A stretch of DNA of 62,053 nt, the filler included, from Stramenopiles sp. TOSAG23-6 (Eukaryota), in assembly GCA_900128565.1 (NCBI GenBank). It is 23 parts of 23 records of this genome, joined end to end, with 100 filler letters (N's around TTAATTAATTAA, not from the genome) between each part and the next. Parts side by side here need not be neighbours in the genome. Positions count along the whole stretch, not along the records: positions 48,700 to 51,291 come from LT637930.1; positions 51,392 to 53,982 come from LT637931.1; positions 54,083 to 56,673 come from LT637932.1; positions 56,774 to 59,363 come from LT637933.1; positions 59,464 to 62,053 come from LT637934.1; 18 more parts are not named here. One strand, written 5' to 3'. The notes under the pieces are model-generated. The model did no database searches, had not been told where the DNA came from, and saw only the letters and a program-made list of their open reading frames with translations. The position numbers and the translations under genes were made by a program. Below are positions 49,033 to 60,891 of the stretch, in pieces. Within the stretch, counting starts at the first letter, position 1, and each line of letters starts with the position of its first letter.

Positions 49033-50058
49033 AAATGTCTTAGGTACAAAATTTACTATGAAATATTTTTTGGAAAAAAAAAAAAAAAAAAAAAAACGTA
49101 CAACGACTCCTTCTTTTGTATTTGTTTGCATATTAATTAACCCTCGTAATGAAGGACAGCGACTGATTAAACCTCTTAATTTCCACCCTATAGTGTGAAA
49201 CAAAGACGAAATTTCACCCAAAAAAAAATGTTAGGTACAATGTATGGTACAATTTATGTTTAAAAAAAAAAAAAAAATTCTATGAAAATTTTCATACAAA
49301 ATTTTTTTACCAAAAAAAAAAAAAATAAATTTGAAATTCATCAATCAAAACGTACATGGATATTGAATCAACTCTTCACGCGAAGGACATGTATCACAGA
49401 GTTGAGTTACATTGAGATTTGGTCCAACATGAAGAAAATCACAATGTGTGCGACATTTTTGACAACGAGCTAAACCACCAGAAAATGGATCAACAAATTC
49501 ACAAATTCGACATTTTGGACAGATTTCCCTGCATAATTCACAAAATGATGTTCCTTCAAGCTTTGGTATATATAAATATTGTCGAAGTAAGATACTACTT
49601 ACCTTAGAAGCAGCACTAAAATCATGAATTTGAAAAAGTTTCATAAATTCTTTAGTCAAAACTCGAAGTTGTTCCCGTTGCCAGTGACTGAGTTCAATTT
49701 CAGTCTTTACATTGTGGTTTCCACGTAAGCTTGCTGCAGCGGCATCTGTGCCAACAGACCATTTGTCAGGACAAATATGTCCCCACTTTGGTTGTAAACA
49801 CCTCGAGCAAATTTCAGCTTTATGTTGTTGTGTGAAACCTGCTAAACGACCTCTCTTTACGGTACGATAACTACTTGAAGCTGCAACAGATTTACGCTTT
49901 TTACTAGTTGAACGAGTTTTTCTCGTAGATTTTGTCTTTGCTTTTGTTTTTGTATCTTTTTTAGATTGCGAAGAAGTGTCAGGAGGTGTTGAAAATACTG
50001 GTCTTTCCGACATTAATTCAGAGTCTTGTGACGCCGCCATTTGTGAAATCCAATCCAT
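48827..50058 (-). CDS. Cys-rich nuclear-type hypothetical protein; family introns 49188-49355 and 48960-49101 (both GT...AG)
   Basis: C..C...K.GH.C knuckle and further CxxC pairs. Frame is continuous after splicing. Confidence 0.6.
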
Positions 50059-50544
50059 GGTTGGTTACTCGTTTGTTTTCTCTATAAAAACGATAAAAAC
50101 AAGATAATACCGAATACCTTTGAAACTATACATATACTATATATAAAGTAATTGTATAGACATTATATCATATTCTTTTATGACGCTTTATAGATAATGC
50201 AGTTTTATATAATACCTATTATGAATAGTACAGAGAATGTAAAGTAGAGGTACAGTTATGTAGACTACTTTAGAAAATCAACAAATAAATATAGTACGTA
50301 GTATGCATACAATTGTTGTTACTGAAAGTTTAATGCTACATAACTGACGCATGGTGCAGAATTGTGCAGTACCCGGTACTACGTCAGTTTTTAGGCTGAA
50401 ACGACACGAAATCCAAAATCGAGAGGAACTCAAAATGAACAGCGCAAGGAATGAACAGCGAATGAACAGCGAATGAACAGCTGTCGGTCAGTGAACAGTA
50501 TTATTACCTAAAACAAAGTTACTTTTCTCGCTTTCTCTACCAAA

Positions 50545-51291
50545 ATGAAATATTCTATTCTTCTAAGTGTACAACTTATCTTGAGCTCTTTGGTTTTTAC
50601 CACGGCAGTAAATTGGGATAACCATGATGAAGTATTGACTGCTGTTCAAGAACATGGCTTATTCCTCCAATATGCTTCAGAGGATCTCAAAAATGATCGT
50701 GACATTGTATTGGCTGCGGTTCAACAATATGGCTATGCACTCAAATTTGCTTCAGATGATTTCAAAAATGATCGTGACATTGTATTGGCTGTGGTTCAAC
50801 AATATGGCGATGCACTCGATTATGCTTCAGATGATCTCAAAAATGATCGTGACGTTGTATTGGCTGCGGTTCAACAATATGGCTATGCACTCCAATATGC
50901 TTCAGATGATTTCAAAAATGATCGTGACATTGTATTGGCTGCTGTTCAAAGAGCTGAAGGCCGTGCACTCAGATATGCGTCAGATGATCTCAAAAATAAT
51001 CGTGGCATTGTATTGGCTGCGGTTCGACAAAATGGCCGTGCACTCGAACATGCTTCAGATGATCTCAAAAATGATCGTGGCATTGTATTGGCTGCTGTTC
51101 AAAGAGCTGAAGGCGGTGCACTCAGATATGCGTCAGATGAACTCAAAAATAATCGTGAATTTGTATTGGCTGCGGTTCGACAAAATGGCCGTGCACTCGA
51201 ACATGCTTCAGATGATCTCAAAAATGATCGTGGCATTGTATTGGCTGCTGTTCAAAGAGCTGAAGGCGGTGCACTCAGATATGCGTCAGAT
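50545..51291 (+). CDS. DUF4116-repeat protein with signal peptide (3' truncated)
   Basis: ~25-aa repeats DRDIVLAAVQQYGYALQYASDDLKN, also tandem at the DNA level. Confidence 0.9.
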
Positions 51292-51391
51292 NNNNNNNNN
51301 NNNNNNNNNNNNNNNNNNNNNNNNNNNNNNNNNNNTTAATTAATTAANNNNNNNNNNNNNNNNNNNNNNNNNNNNNNNNNNNNNNNNNNNN

Positions 51392-51545
51392 ATTGTACAG
51401 ATTACTTGCAGTATTTTTGTTTTTATTCAAAAGATGAATGATGTTTGGTTTTACATGATAGAAATGTTTATTTATTTCAAATACTATTGACATATTATAC
51501 AGATTACTTGCAGTATGATTGTTTTTATTCAAAAGTTGAATGATG
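51392..51545. repeat. End of an AT-rich ~102-bp tandem repeat
   Basis: TACAGATTACTTGCAGTAT..TTGTTTTTATTCAAAAG.TGAATGATGT repeated at 102-bp spacing. Confidence 0.7.
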
Positions 51546-51633
51546 TAGACATATTCTATGGATTATTCAGTGTATTTTTGAAGCCCAAGTCTTTTTTTCT
51601 TATTAGGCGTAGGGTTGACCAAAATTAATTTTT

Positions 51634-52814
51634 TTATAAATTTAATTTAGGTGACAATTCAAATAGAAAATATTCTGTACAAATATTTTCCCCTCTTTCC
51701 ACTCTACCACTTTCTTTATGATTTGATAAAATTGAAAATCCAAATTGTTTAGCTGTGTTTAAAATATATATAGTGGAATGTATGAAACGTCCATTTTTAT
51801 TTAATTCCCATTCAAATTGTTCATTTTTATTGAATTCTTTTTGGTCATTTTTATTGAATTCTGTTTTTTCATTTTTATAACTTGACAAAGTATCATTTTT
51901 ATTACTTGACAAAGTATTATTCTTTGTAAAAAAACATTCAGTACTACATAAAAACATTAAACGATAATATTGGTCCACTTGATATTGTTTCCTACGAATA
52001 GAATACCCGGTAACAATTGCTTCAAAAATAGAAGATACATCACCAAAATAAACTAAAACATCTGCAGCTACAACTAAATCAATAATTTGAGTATTAGTTT
52101 CATTCATGATATATTTTTGACTATTATTATATTTATGTAATAAAGATGATATCATAATAGAATCATCAATTTCACCCACCAAAACTTCATCATATATTTT
52201 GTATTTCAAATGATTCTGTTCTTCATTTTTTCTATTACGTGCAATAGTAACCATTTTCGGTGATATATCGATACCTATGGTTTTTCTGGCTATTCCATGA
52301 AATGCTAATCCTAAAAGTCCAGTTCCACAACCCAAGTCAAGAAGTATATCTACAATAAAATTTGTATTTAATGTTTTATTATTTTTATGAATTGTTGGGT
52401 ATTTTTTATTATTTTTATGAAAATTATTATTATTTTTATGAAAATTATTATTATTATTATCATCATTATTATCATCATTAGTAGTACTACAATTATCAGT
52501 ATTATTACAATTATCATCATTATCATCATTAGTAGTACAATGATTACTATTATAAAAATCATCATGATTATCAAAAAGAGTATTATTAAAATAAGATTTA
52601 AAATGTTTTAAAAGTATATCAGGTACTTTATATCGTAATCCTTTATTAGAACTATTTGATTCATTTGTTAACATCACTGAATCAAATTCATCAGAAAAGT
52701 CATCAAACAATTTTTGTATATACGAAATAAATTGTTAAAAAAATATTTCAAATTCAAAAAGTGTACTTTTTGTTAGGTAATTTGAGAAATACAATGTAGG
52801 ATAAAAACTTTAAC

Positions 52815-52845
<31 letters not shown>

Positions 52846-53878
52846 TTTTTTTAGGCAAAAAATTTCTTATAAAAAAAAAAACATTCGAAATAAATTAGGA
52901 AAACATACATGGGTGCCTTTTTTACCTTTTTCATCTTTTTCAAACGTTTATTATTTGAAAATTGTAAAGAATGCAACATATGAATAGCTGTAGCTAATGT
53001 TGCATTTTTATGAGCATGTAAACGCTTATTAAAACGAAGTGTATGAAGCATAGAACTCTTTTCATTTGACGTTTGAAATTGATTAATTACATCTTCATAT
53101 AGAATTGCTGCATCATAAAAATACTATGAAAAAATATTAAAAAAATATTTTGTTTTCGTTAGGTACAAAATTTCGTACGAAAAAAAAACTTTTGTAAAAA
53201 ATTAAAAATGATGAAAACGTATAATTCGCCTTTTTCATGTAATAAAGTAGCTAAATTATGCATCGTATCAATATGAGTAGGTGCAATATCCAAAGCTCTT
53301 CTCAATAAATTCTCTGCACCTTGCATCGAATATTTTTTTAGTGAAATTGCATGTGCATTCAACACATTAGCATTACACGAAATATCTTTACATAGAAAGA
53401 GACATTGTTCAAAACTATATTCTGCTTCAACATTTCTATTAAAATGGAAGAGTAGTATACTATGTATTTTGGGAAAATATTTTTTTTTTTTTGTTTAAAA
53501 AAAAAAGTTTTTTGTTAGGTACAAAATTTCGTATGAAAAATAAATAAATTTAAATTTAAATTTAAAATTGATCCTGAGAAAACATATATGTTGTATGATT
53601 GCATCTATATTTGAAGAATCATTTTGAATTGCTTTTTCAAAAAAATCAAATGCAGTTTCAAAATTAGCATTATTTTGATATAATATACCAAGATTTGTAA
53701 GAATGGAACTTTGTGTTTTTCGTGTTTTTCGTGTTTTTCGTGTTTTTTGTTCAAGTTGCAATGCTGTTTGAAATGCAATTTCAGCTTCTTTGAAAGAAAT
53801 GTCTGATATGAGAGGTTCATCGCTAAGAGCAACACCAAAATTTAATAAATGTTTTGATAACTCTCTTTGTTTGGGAGC
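51634..53878 (-). CDS. TPR-repeat SAM-dependent methyltransferase; family introns 53462-53587, 53119-53222, 52727-52908
   Basis: TPR helices, AP-I-SYIQKLFDDFS..FD, LDLGCGTGL, GIDISPKM, DLVVAADVLVYFGD and GRF.HS..YI motifs. Confidence 0.88.
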
Positions 53879-53921
53879 AAGTATTGTACACAAATATTTT
53901 CAAACATTTGAAAATGGTTAG

Positions 53922-53958
<37 letters not shown>

Positions 53959-54082
53959 TAAAAAAAATTGAAAAAAAAAAAANNNNNNNNNNNNNNNNNN
54001 NNNNNNNNNNNNNNNNNNNNNNNNNNTTAATTAATTAANNNNNNNNNNNNNNNNNNNNNNNNNNNNNNNNNNNNNNNNNNNN

Positions 54083-54290
54083 AGTGCTCTCTGAGACAGA
54101 TGTATGTTTTATTTTTTTTCAAATTCGAATTTTTTTTCGTACGGAATTTTGTACCTAACGATTTTTTTTTGGAAATATTTTTCCAAAATACATATTGTCG
54201 TTTTTACCGACTTGGGTATGGGCTTGGTATAAAATGAATTTAGGACTAAGTATTCGCAAGCGAGCTCTTGCTAAAAAGAAGAAAATGTAA
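54083..54290 (+). CDS. Probable very-long-chain 3-oxoacyl-CoA reductase (KCR/17-beta-HSD12-like), C-terminus
   Basis: Spliced translation ILSFLPTWVWAWYKMNLGLSIRKRALAKKKKM*. Confidence 0.55.
54102..54193 (+). mobile_element. Near-consensus copy of the repetitive intron (92 nt, GT...AT)
   Basis: GTATGTTTT start, AAATTCGAATTT and TTCGTACG core, GTACCTAAC branch point, TTTTGGAAA-TATT-TTTCCAAAA hairpin, TACAT end. Preceded by AT. Confidence 0.85.
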
Positions 54291-54402
54291 TAAATAAAAA
54301 CATTTGACTTTTGTTTTCACTTCATTGTTTGATTGTAAAAAACCCGTTTATTGTTTTATTTATTGAAAAATGTACAATGAGAAAAATATCCTGAGAAGAA
54401 GA

Positions 54403-56640
54403 CTACACATCTATGATATCTCTACCACTACTAGTGCTTGAACTACTTTCAGAACTTTCAGATACACTCTCTAATGTATTGGCGTAACGCGGTCTGTAAC
54501 TAGAGTGTAACAGACTTGTTCTGTATGGACTTCTCGATTGGATTCTACCACCTGGTGGAAGTCCTGTATCCATGCTACCTCCACTACTACCTTGACTTGC
54601 CGGTGCCGAATTCCATTTTGTCCTAGATTCTCGAACTGCGAGAAATCGACGCAGTCTATTGTACCCAGTACGACTACGACTGGCGTGTGTTGAATCATCA
54701 TCGTTCAAGTATTCATTAGATAAAGCCGAGGCAGCCGCAACTTCTGCACGACGACGAGCTGATATAAGACTATCACTTGCAATTTTCATTTGGCTTGAGT
54801 GTAACCTTCTAATCGCTGGTGTCATCCAGGCTCTTCGACATCGACGATGACTCTCACGAGCATGCAGCACTGTTAAATCTTTGCGAGTGACAATACCAGC
54901 GACATCACCATCCAAATCAAGAACACATAAGTGTCTTAATTCAAGACTGCGAAAGATTTTAAATGTTCTTGTAAGGGATGCACGTTTATTCACAGTAAAT
55001 GGCATACCCATATATGGAGACAGATCGACAAACAACTCCCGCTCTTCAGGAGATAATGACAACTCTTTCACATTTACATATCTTGGATACAAGGTCTCAA
55101 ATGCTTCCCATGGAAGTGCCTCTGCAACTGACTTTGAATTTAACCCACGAAGAGATTGTTGCAACCATTCTGTATTTCCACGCGCCATGATTTCTTCTAG
55201 TGGTCTCAAGGTTTGTGCTTTATATTGATTGCACAACAGGACGCATAATTGCTTACGCTTAATTATACCTGTAAGATGTCTCGCCATTGTATCATCAATA
55301 ACGTTTGAATCACTTTTGATTGCATACGTAGAATACGCAGATGTCGATGCGTTAAATTGAAAATGTTGATTATCAGACGAATTTGTGTTCTTTGTTGAAA
55401 ATGACTTTTGAGTTCCCTTTCTTGAAGAAGGTGATCTTGGTGATCCTAAACCACCCTCTGGATCATGACCAATTCTTGGACGGTAAATTACTACAGGAAA
55501 CCCACTGTGTTGTGTACTTTTCAGCATATCAAGTATAGTACCAGCTTTCTCAACTGGTTGAAGCACTTTTGGTTGACAACTCATTACATTTTCAACGTGT
55601 AATCTTCGAAACCATTTTGGTGGGTCCCACTCTAACAGAGGAATCCCTCGTTCTTCAATATGCATATCATATAAACCTTCATTGAAATAATTTCCCACCC
55701 AACGTGCAGTTATAAAAGTGACTAAGAGAGGAAGACCATAATTAATGTCTCCACACGATTCAAGCATAATGACAGTGAGTGAGAGAACCATACGANNNNN
55801 NNNNNNNNNNNNNNNNNNNNNNNCCAAGTACAGCAGCTGCGCCTATCAGTGCACAATTACCGTAATGTAAATATTGCCAATTGTTTGCCGCACTACCCAT
55901 CAAACTATCTACAATTTGTCCACACATCTTTCCATACGCTGAGCCTGCTACAATAAGAGGCATAAACACACCGGCAGGAACTTGTAGGCCAAGTATTGTG
56001 AAAAATATTTAAAAAGAAAATTGTTAGGTATGGAATTTAGAATCAAGGACAAAAAACAAAAAAAGATTTGAAATTTATCATGAAACATACAAATGTATAA
56101 CATGTTGTGAAGAAATAAAAGACGAAAAATGTGATGACTGGTAAATATTGGGTTGTTAACAAAACTGTTGGCACCCAACCACCGCCTGAAACTAAATTTT
56201 CTATAGAGCTCATCCCAGGTGCGAGCAAAAATCGCACAAGTTGTGAATTTGTAGCTGAGTTGCACGGTGGAATGACCACCACAGGTGTAATCATTCCAGT
56301 TGTGTTGGTACTATTATTGAATGTAATACTATTATTGAAATATGTGTTACTACTACTACTATCCTGTGTGTAACTTGGAAGATCTTTCACCTTACAATTT
56401 ATAAATGTATATGGAAAGAAAAATCCTCCTATACTCATGAGAAAAGCCATACATGCTGCTTCTAACAACATTTTGAATGGTTTTCCTACGATATATTTTA
56501 AGCGAAATTTTGTGATTCTACGGTTCATTGAAACAAAGGCAGCACCTAAAATTCCCCCACCTATACCTATAAGAATAAATATAGGCAATTCCCAATATGT
56601 GTATGCGTATTGCCATTGAGGATGATTACCGGAAGTACCA
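54403..56640 (-). CDS. CLC chloride channel/antiporter (CLC-6/7-like) with CBS domains; family intron 55991-56090 (GT...TT)
   Basis: GIGGGILGA.F, TF-GLQVPAGVFMP, RM..SLTVI..E, GN.FNEGLYD and CBS motifs HSGFPVV and LRHLCV..GIVTRKDL. Confidence 0.93.
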
Positions 56641-57003
56641 TTATTTGGTTTAAAAAATGATTTAAAAAATGATNNNNNNNNNNNNNNNNNNNNNNNNNNN
56701 NNNNNNNNNNNNNNNNNTTAATTAATTAANNNNNNNNNNNNNNNNNNNNNNNNNNNNNNNNNNNNNNNNNNNNATATATATTTATAACTAACAAATACAT
56801 TATGTACTCAATTATCATACAATACAGGGATTACAACAATGACAAGGTAACAGGCTGTCAATAAAATTAGTTTTGTAATTACAAACAAAATAAAAATATT
56901 TCACATATGTTTTTTACAATATTATGATGATGTTATGGTTATATAAAAAAAAAAACGAACTTTTTTTTTTTAAATTTTATTTACAAAACCCTAACTCTTA
57001 GAT

Positions 57004-57847
57004 TTACCCTACATAAAAACAATTTGTTGTCGAGGTTAATAAATCACGAGCCTTATCAAAATAATATCCCTCTAATAATAGACGAACATCTTCTAATAAA
57101 ATTCCTTTATTCTCTGGATCGTTGATCATGTATTACGAAAAATATTTCAAAAAAAAAATTACAATTTGTTAGGTACAAAATTTNGTACGAAAAAAAAAAA
57201 NTANTAANCAAAAATATGATGAAAACGTATATATCTTCAAGTAGCTCCAATGTGTCATATCGCATAGATGCTAATTTCATTCCTTGTAAAATACCTCTTA
57301 CTTGATTACAGCTAAATCCTCCTTCTATTTTATCCTTAATAACGCGTATGACATCTTTTTGATCAGAAGCTTGTTCGAGATTTTCCATAACTTTTTTCAG
57401 TTCCTCGGGACAAAGATTTGGTGTCGCTTTGCAACGCCTGTGTTGCCAAAACCATTGGCGTGTTGCATCGACAACCCCTGATTCTATTGACCCACAAGAA
57501 TCAGCTCTACGAATTGTCTTTGCAACAGTACTTGAAAGATGAGGGAGTCCACTGTTCACAAGTGTGCCCATCGTAATCGTTTTGCAGTTTCCTTGCAATG
57601 TAGAACTGACTGAGGTAGGTAAAACTTCCCCATATGTTACTGGAGCGGATAGAACTTGTTGACGTGGGAGGACTGTTTCGTTCGAAATAGATGCAGCTGG
57701 AGGAAGCATTGGTGGAGGACTATCTAAAAGACACAGCTTATAACGATTTTTCAAAAGTTCAACAGCTTCCTCTAAAGTCTCGTCTGTCATTCTGTTGAGC
57801 ATGCCAACTGCCTCGGCGATATGATCAGCACGGGATTTTTGAGACAT
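57004..57847 (-). CDS. DUF4476-like protein (duplicate copy); intron 57128-57230
   Basis: Same as 16518-17361. Confidence 0.65.
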
Positions 57848-58539
57848 CTTTATACTTTTGACTTGATAAAACTGTTTACCTACTAGTAATAAATAAAGGA
57901 ATGAATCGATGAATGAATAAATGTGATTGATTGGAATGAAGACTAATGTGGTGTGTTTTTATACTTCTACCAGTTGTACTTTTTGTTATATACTAGTACG
58001 TAGTAGGTCAGAATGAGTGTGGCTTCTCTCGTTCTTCTTCAGATTCTCCAGAATCTGCTACTGACTTCTGTTGTCTAGATTTCGTGTTATCAGGTAAATA
58101 CATAGTTTCTCTACCAAAATTTTGTACCTAAAGGCTAAATCTAAAGGCTAAATTGAAAACTTTTCTTATGTGAAAAGAGAGTCATTTTTCATATTCGATA
58201 AAAATCCAGAAAATCTAAATATTCATCAAATAATGATCATATATATATATATGATTGTTTGATATGATATTCTATAATTAATATAGTATAATATAATATA
58301 ATTATAGTATAAAAAACAAAATATTCATCAAATAAAAATAAAATTCCGGAAAATTTATAGTTTATAAACATTCAAAAAATAATAAAATCGTATTTATATG
58401 ATTGTTATTCACAGTTTATTATACAATTATACAATAATTATAAATAATATAAATATATCTCTTTCATCAAATATATATAAATATCCCATCATCATCATTT
58501 ATAATATAGATATGCGTGACAGGGTTACATGTACAACAT

Positions 58540-59244
58540 TTACACAAAAAAACTTGATATTGTAATACATATACTTGAGCCTGCAAGCAAGAAGAATGAA
58601 AGTTCAATTGAATTTTTTGATTTTTCAAAATGAATATTGTCCTTGATTCTGTAATAATCTGATGTAGCTTCCAGAATATATTTGAATTCATAAAACCATA
58701 CCAAAGATCCAATACATAATAGCATAAATGATAATAAAGAAACATTCATTGTAATTACATATTTATCAGCCATTACAGTACCTATCGAAACACCAAGTGC
58801 AATAGTTGAAAGAATACAAAAAGAAAAAATGACTTCACCACCAGTTTTGACTTTTTGTAATCCTTTGATGTAATTATTCCTTGCTTTTTCGAATTTTGCA
58901 GATTTTGTAGCAGAATTGGCGACTTCTTTTTTCGTTTTTGAAATGTATGATGAAAATGTATCCTTTGTTTTCTTTACAGCATCACCATTATTCATTGTTG
59001 CTTCCACTTTCCTCCATCGAAATGTGAATGCAGCATAATCCACGCCATGTCCGCTCAATTTTACTGTTCCATATTTATCAACAGATAGTGCTGCAATTTG
59101 AAGTGCAATGGCAGCAATCAAGAAAAAACTTGGGATAGCTTTCTTTATCCAATCAATTTGAGTTTGTTCTTTTTCTTTTGTGTGATCATTTGGATCAATG
59201 GGTAGAAATGGTTTTGATTGTTCCGATAGTTTTTTTTCATCCAT
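58540..59244 (-). CDS. Four-TM claudin-like protein (duplicate copy)
   Basis: Same as 18070-18774. Confidence 0.6.
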   Translation of the reverse strand: MDEKKLSEQSKPFLPIDPNDHTKEKEQTQIDWIKKAIPSFFLIAAIALQIAALSVDKYGTVKLSGHGVDYAAFTFRWRKVEATMNNGDAVKKTKDTFSSYISKTKKEVANSATKSAKFEKARNNYIKGLQKVKTGGEVIFSFCILSTIALGVSIGTVMADKYVITMNVSLLSFMLLCIGSLVWFYEFKYILEATSDYYRIKDNIHFEKSKNSIELSFFLLAGSSICITISSFFV

Positions 59245-59517
59245 GTTAAATTGTTTTACGTGTTTTACTGGTTGTAGTCTTTTTGTTTTTCTGTTTGTTT
59301 TTCTGTTTGTTTTTGTTTGTTTGTTTATTATTGTCTTTTAGGTCTTTTAGTAATGTTATGATTNNNNNNNNNNNNNNNNNNNNNNNNNNNNNNNNNNNNN
59401 NNNNNNNTTAATTAATTAANNNNNNNNNNNNNNNNNNNNNNNNNNNNNNNNNNNNNNNNNNNNTGTACCTAACAATTTTTTTTTGTTTTTTTTTTGAAAT
59501 ATTTTTCCAAAATACAT

Positions 59518-60197
59518 GGAGCGTTTAGCTTTGGCACAAGAAAAAAGAAATGATTTAAATAAAAGATCAAAATCACAAAATATGGCATTGAATAGAACCT
59601 TATATGAAATAAATGAGACTAATATTCATGAGAAATTTCAAAAATCATTGAAAGAATTTGAAGATATATTGAATCAAGTGACAAATGACGAACAGGAAAG
59701 TCTCAAAATGTTATTGGAAAGTGATGCTAAAAATATTATTACAGCTACATCTCAACCTACTAGGTTGAAAGCTAGGTTTAAAAAACAAATTCAGTCTAAC
59801 CCTAACCCACAACAAAATGAAGAACTTGAACAAAGAAATTTAAAACGTCCACTCAAGAATGCATACAGATTTCGTGAGCTTCATAACCCTAATGCATACA
59901 GATTTCGTGAGCTTCATACATTATTAGCTCCCAATGTTACTCCAGAACAAGTCACTGTAAACAAAAAACACGAAAAAAACCAAAAAAACAAAAAAAACAA
60001 AAAACACGAAAAAAACCAAAAAAAACAAAAAAACGAAAAAAAAATCTTGGTCAGTGAAGAAATTCGAAATCTACCCACAGGAGGACAACGCATATTTAGT
60101 CCATTAAATGAATCTTTTTATTTTGATTCTTTTCGATTTCGTGAAACAGACACGAAAAATAAGATTTTGAAAATATGTAGTCATTCTAAAGGTCCAT
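59518..60197 (+). CDS. Hypothetical coiled-coil protein exon bounded by family introns
   Basis: Open frame between ...AATACAT at 59517 and GTACGT at 60198. Confidence 0.55.
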
Positions 60198-60213
60198 GTA
60201 CGTTTTCATTATG

Positions 60214-60360
60214 AATTTCGAATTTAGTTTTTTTTTTCGTACGAAATTTTGTACCTAACAAATTTCGAATTTAGTTTTTTTTTTCGTACGAAATTTTGTA
60301 CCTAACAAATTTCGAATTTAGTTTTTTTTTTCGTACGAAATTTTGTACCTAACAAATTTC
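60214..60360 (+). repeat. Triple tandem copy of the ~46-bp intron core
   Basis: AATTTCGAATTTAG(T)nCGTACGAAATTTTGTACCTAACA three times. Confidence 0.9.
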
Positions 60361-60891
60361 GATATGTTCTTATTATTCAAAAAGAGGAGTTCAATTGTCA
60401 TCAAATGTTGCCTGTGTAATTGATTGTCAAATATCATTAGAGATGAATCAAGACTCTCTCCTCCATCCATGATATTGAATTCAATAATAATCTCTTTTGA
60501 AAATATTGTATTGAATTGGTAAAGAAGAGTAATATATACTATTAATAAGTTATACTATTATATTAATAAGTTATACTATTAATAAGTTATACTATTAATG
60601 GTAACTGAAATACATATATATCTATATTATGTAAAAAAAAATAAAAAAATAAAAAAAAGCGAATGAACAAATAATGTCACAAATAAAATATAAAAAAAAA
60701 AAAATAAAAAAATTCCAAAAAAAAATGGCATTCAATTTGAAATTTAAATTCAAAAATATTTTTTTATTTATTTTTTTAAGTATGACGTGAATATGTGTAA
60801 AGTGTTTTAGGGTGTCTAGTGATATAATGAACCAACTGTATTAATATAATTAGGTCATTGAAGCAAAGAATGCATGTTAATCTAAAAGCAT

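Larger units (their letters stand above)
56774..59363. repeat. Second, allele-like copy of contig 16288-18893
   Basis: Near identity. Small indels lie in the TAG/TAC-rich intergenic patch. Confidence 0.95.
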
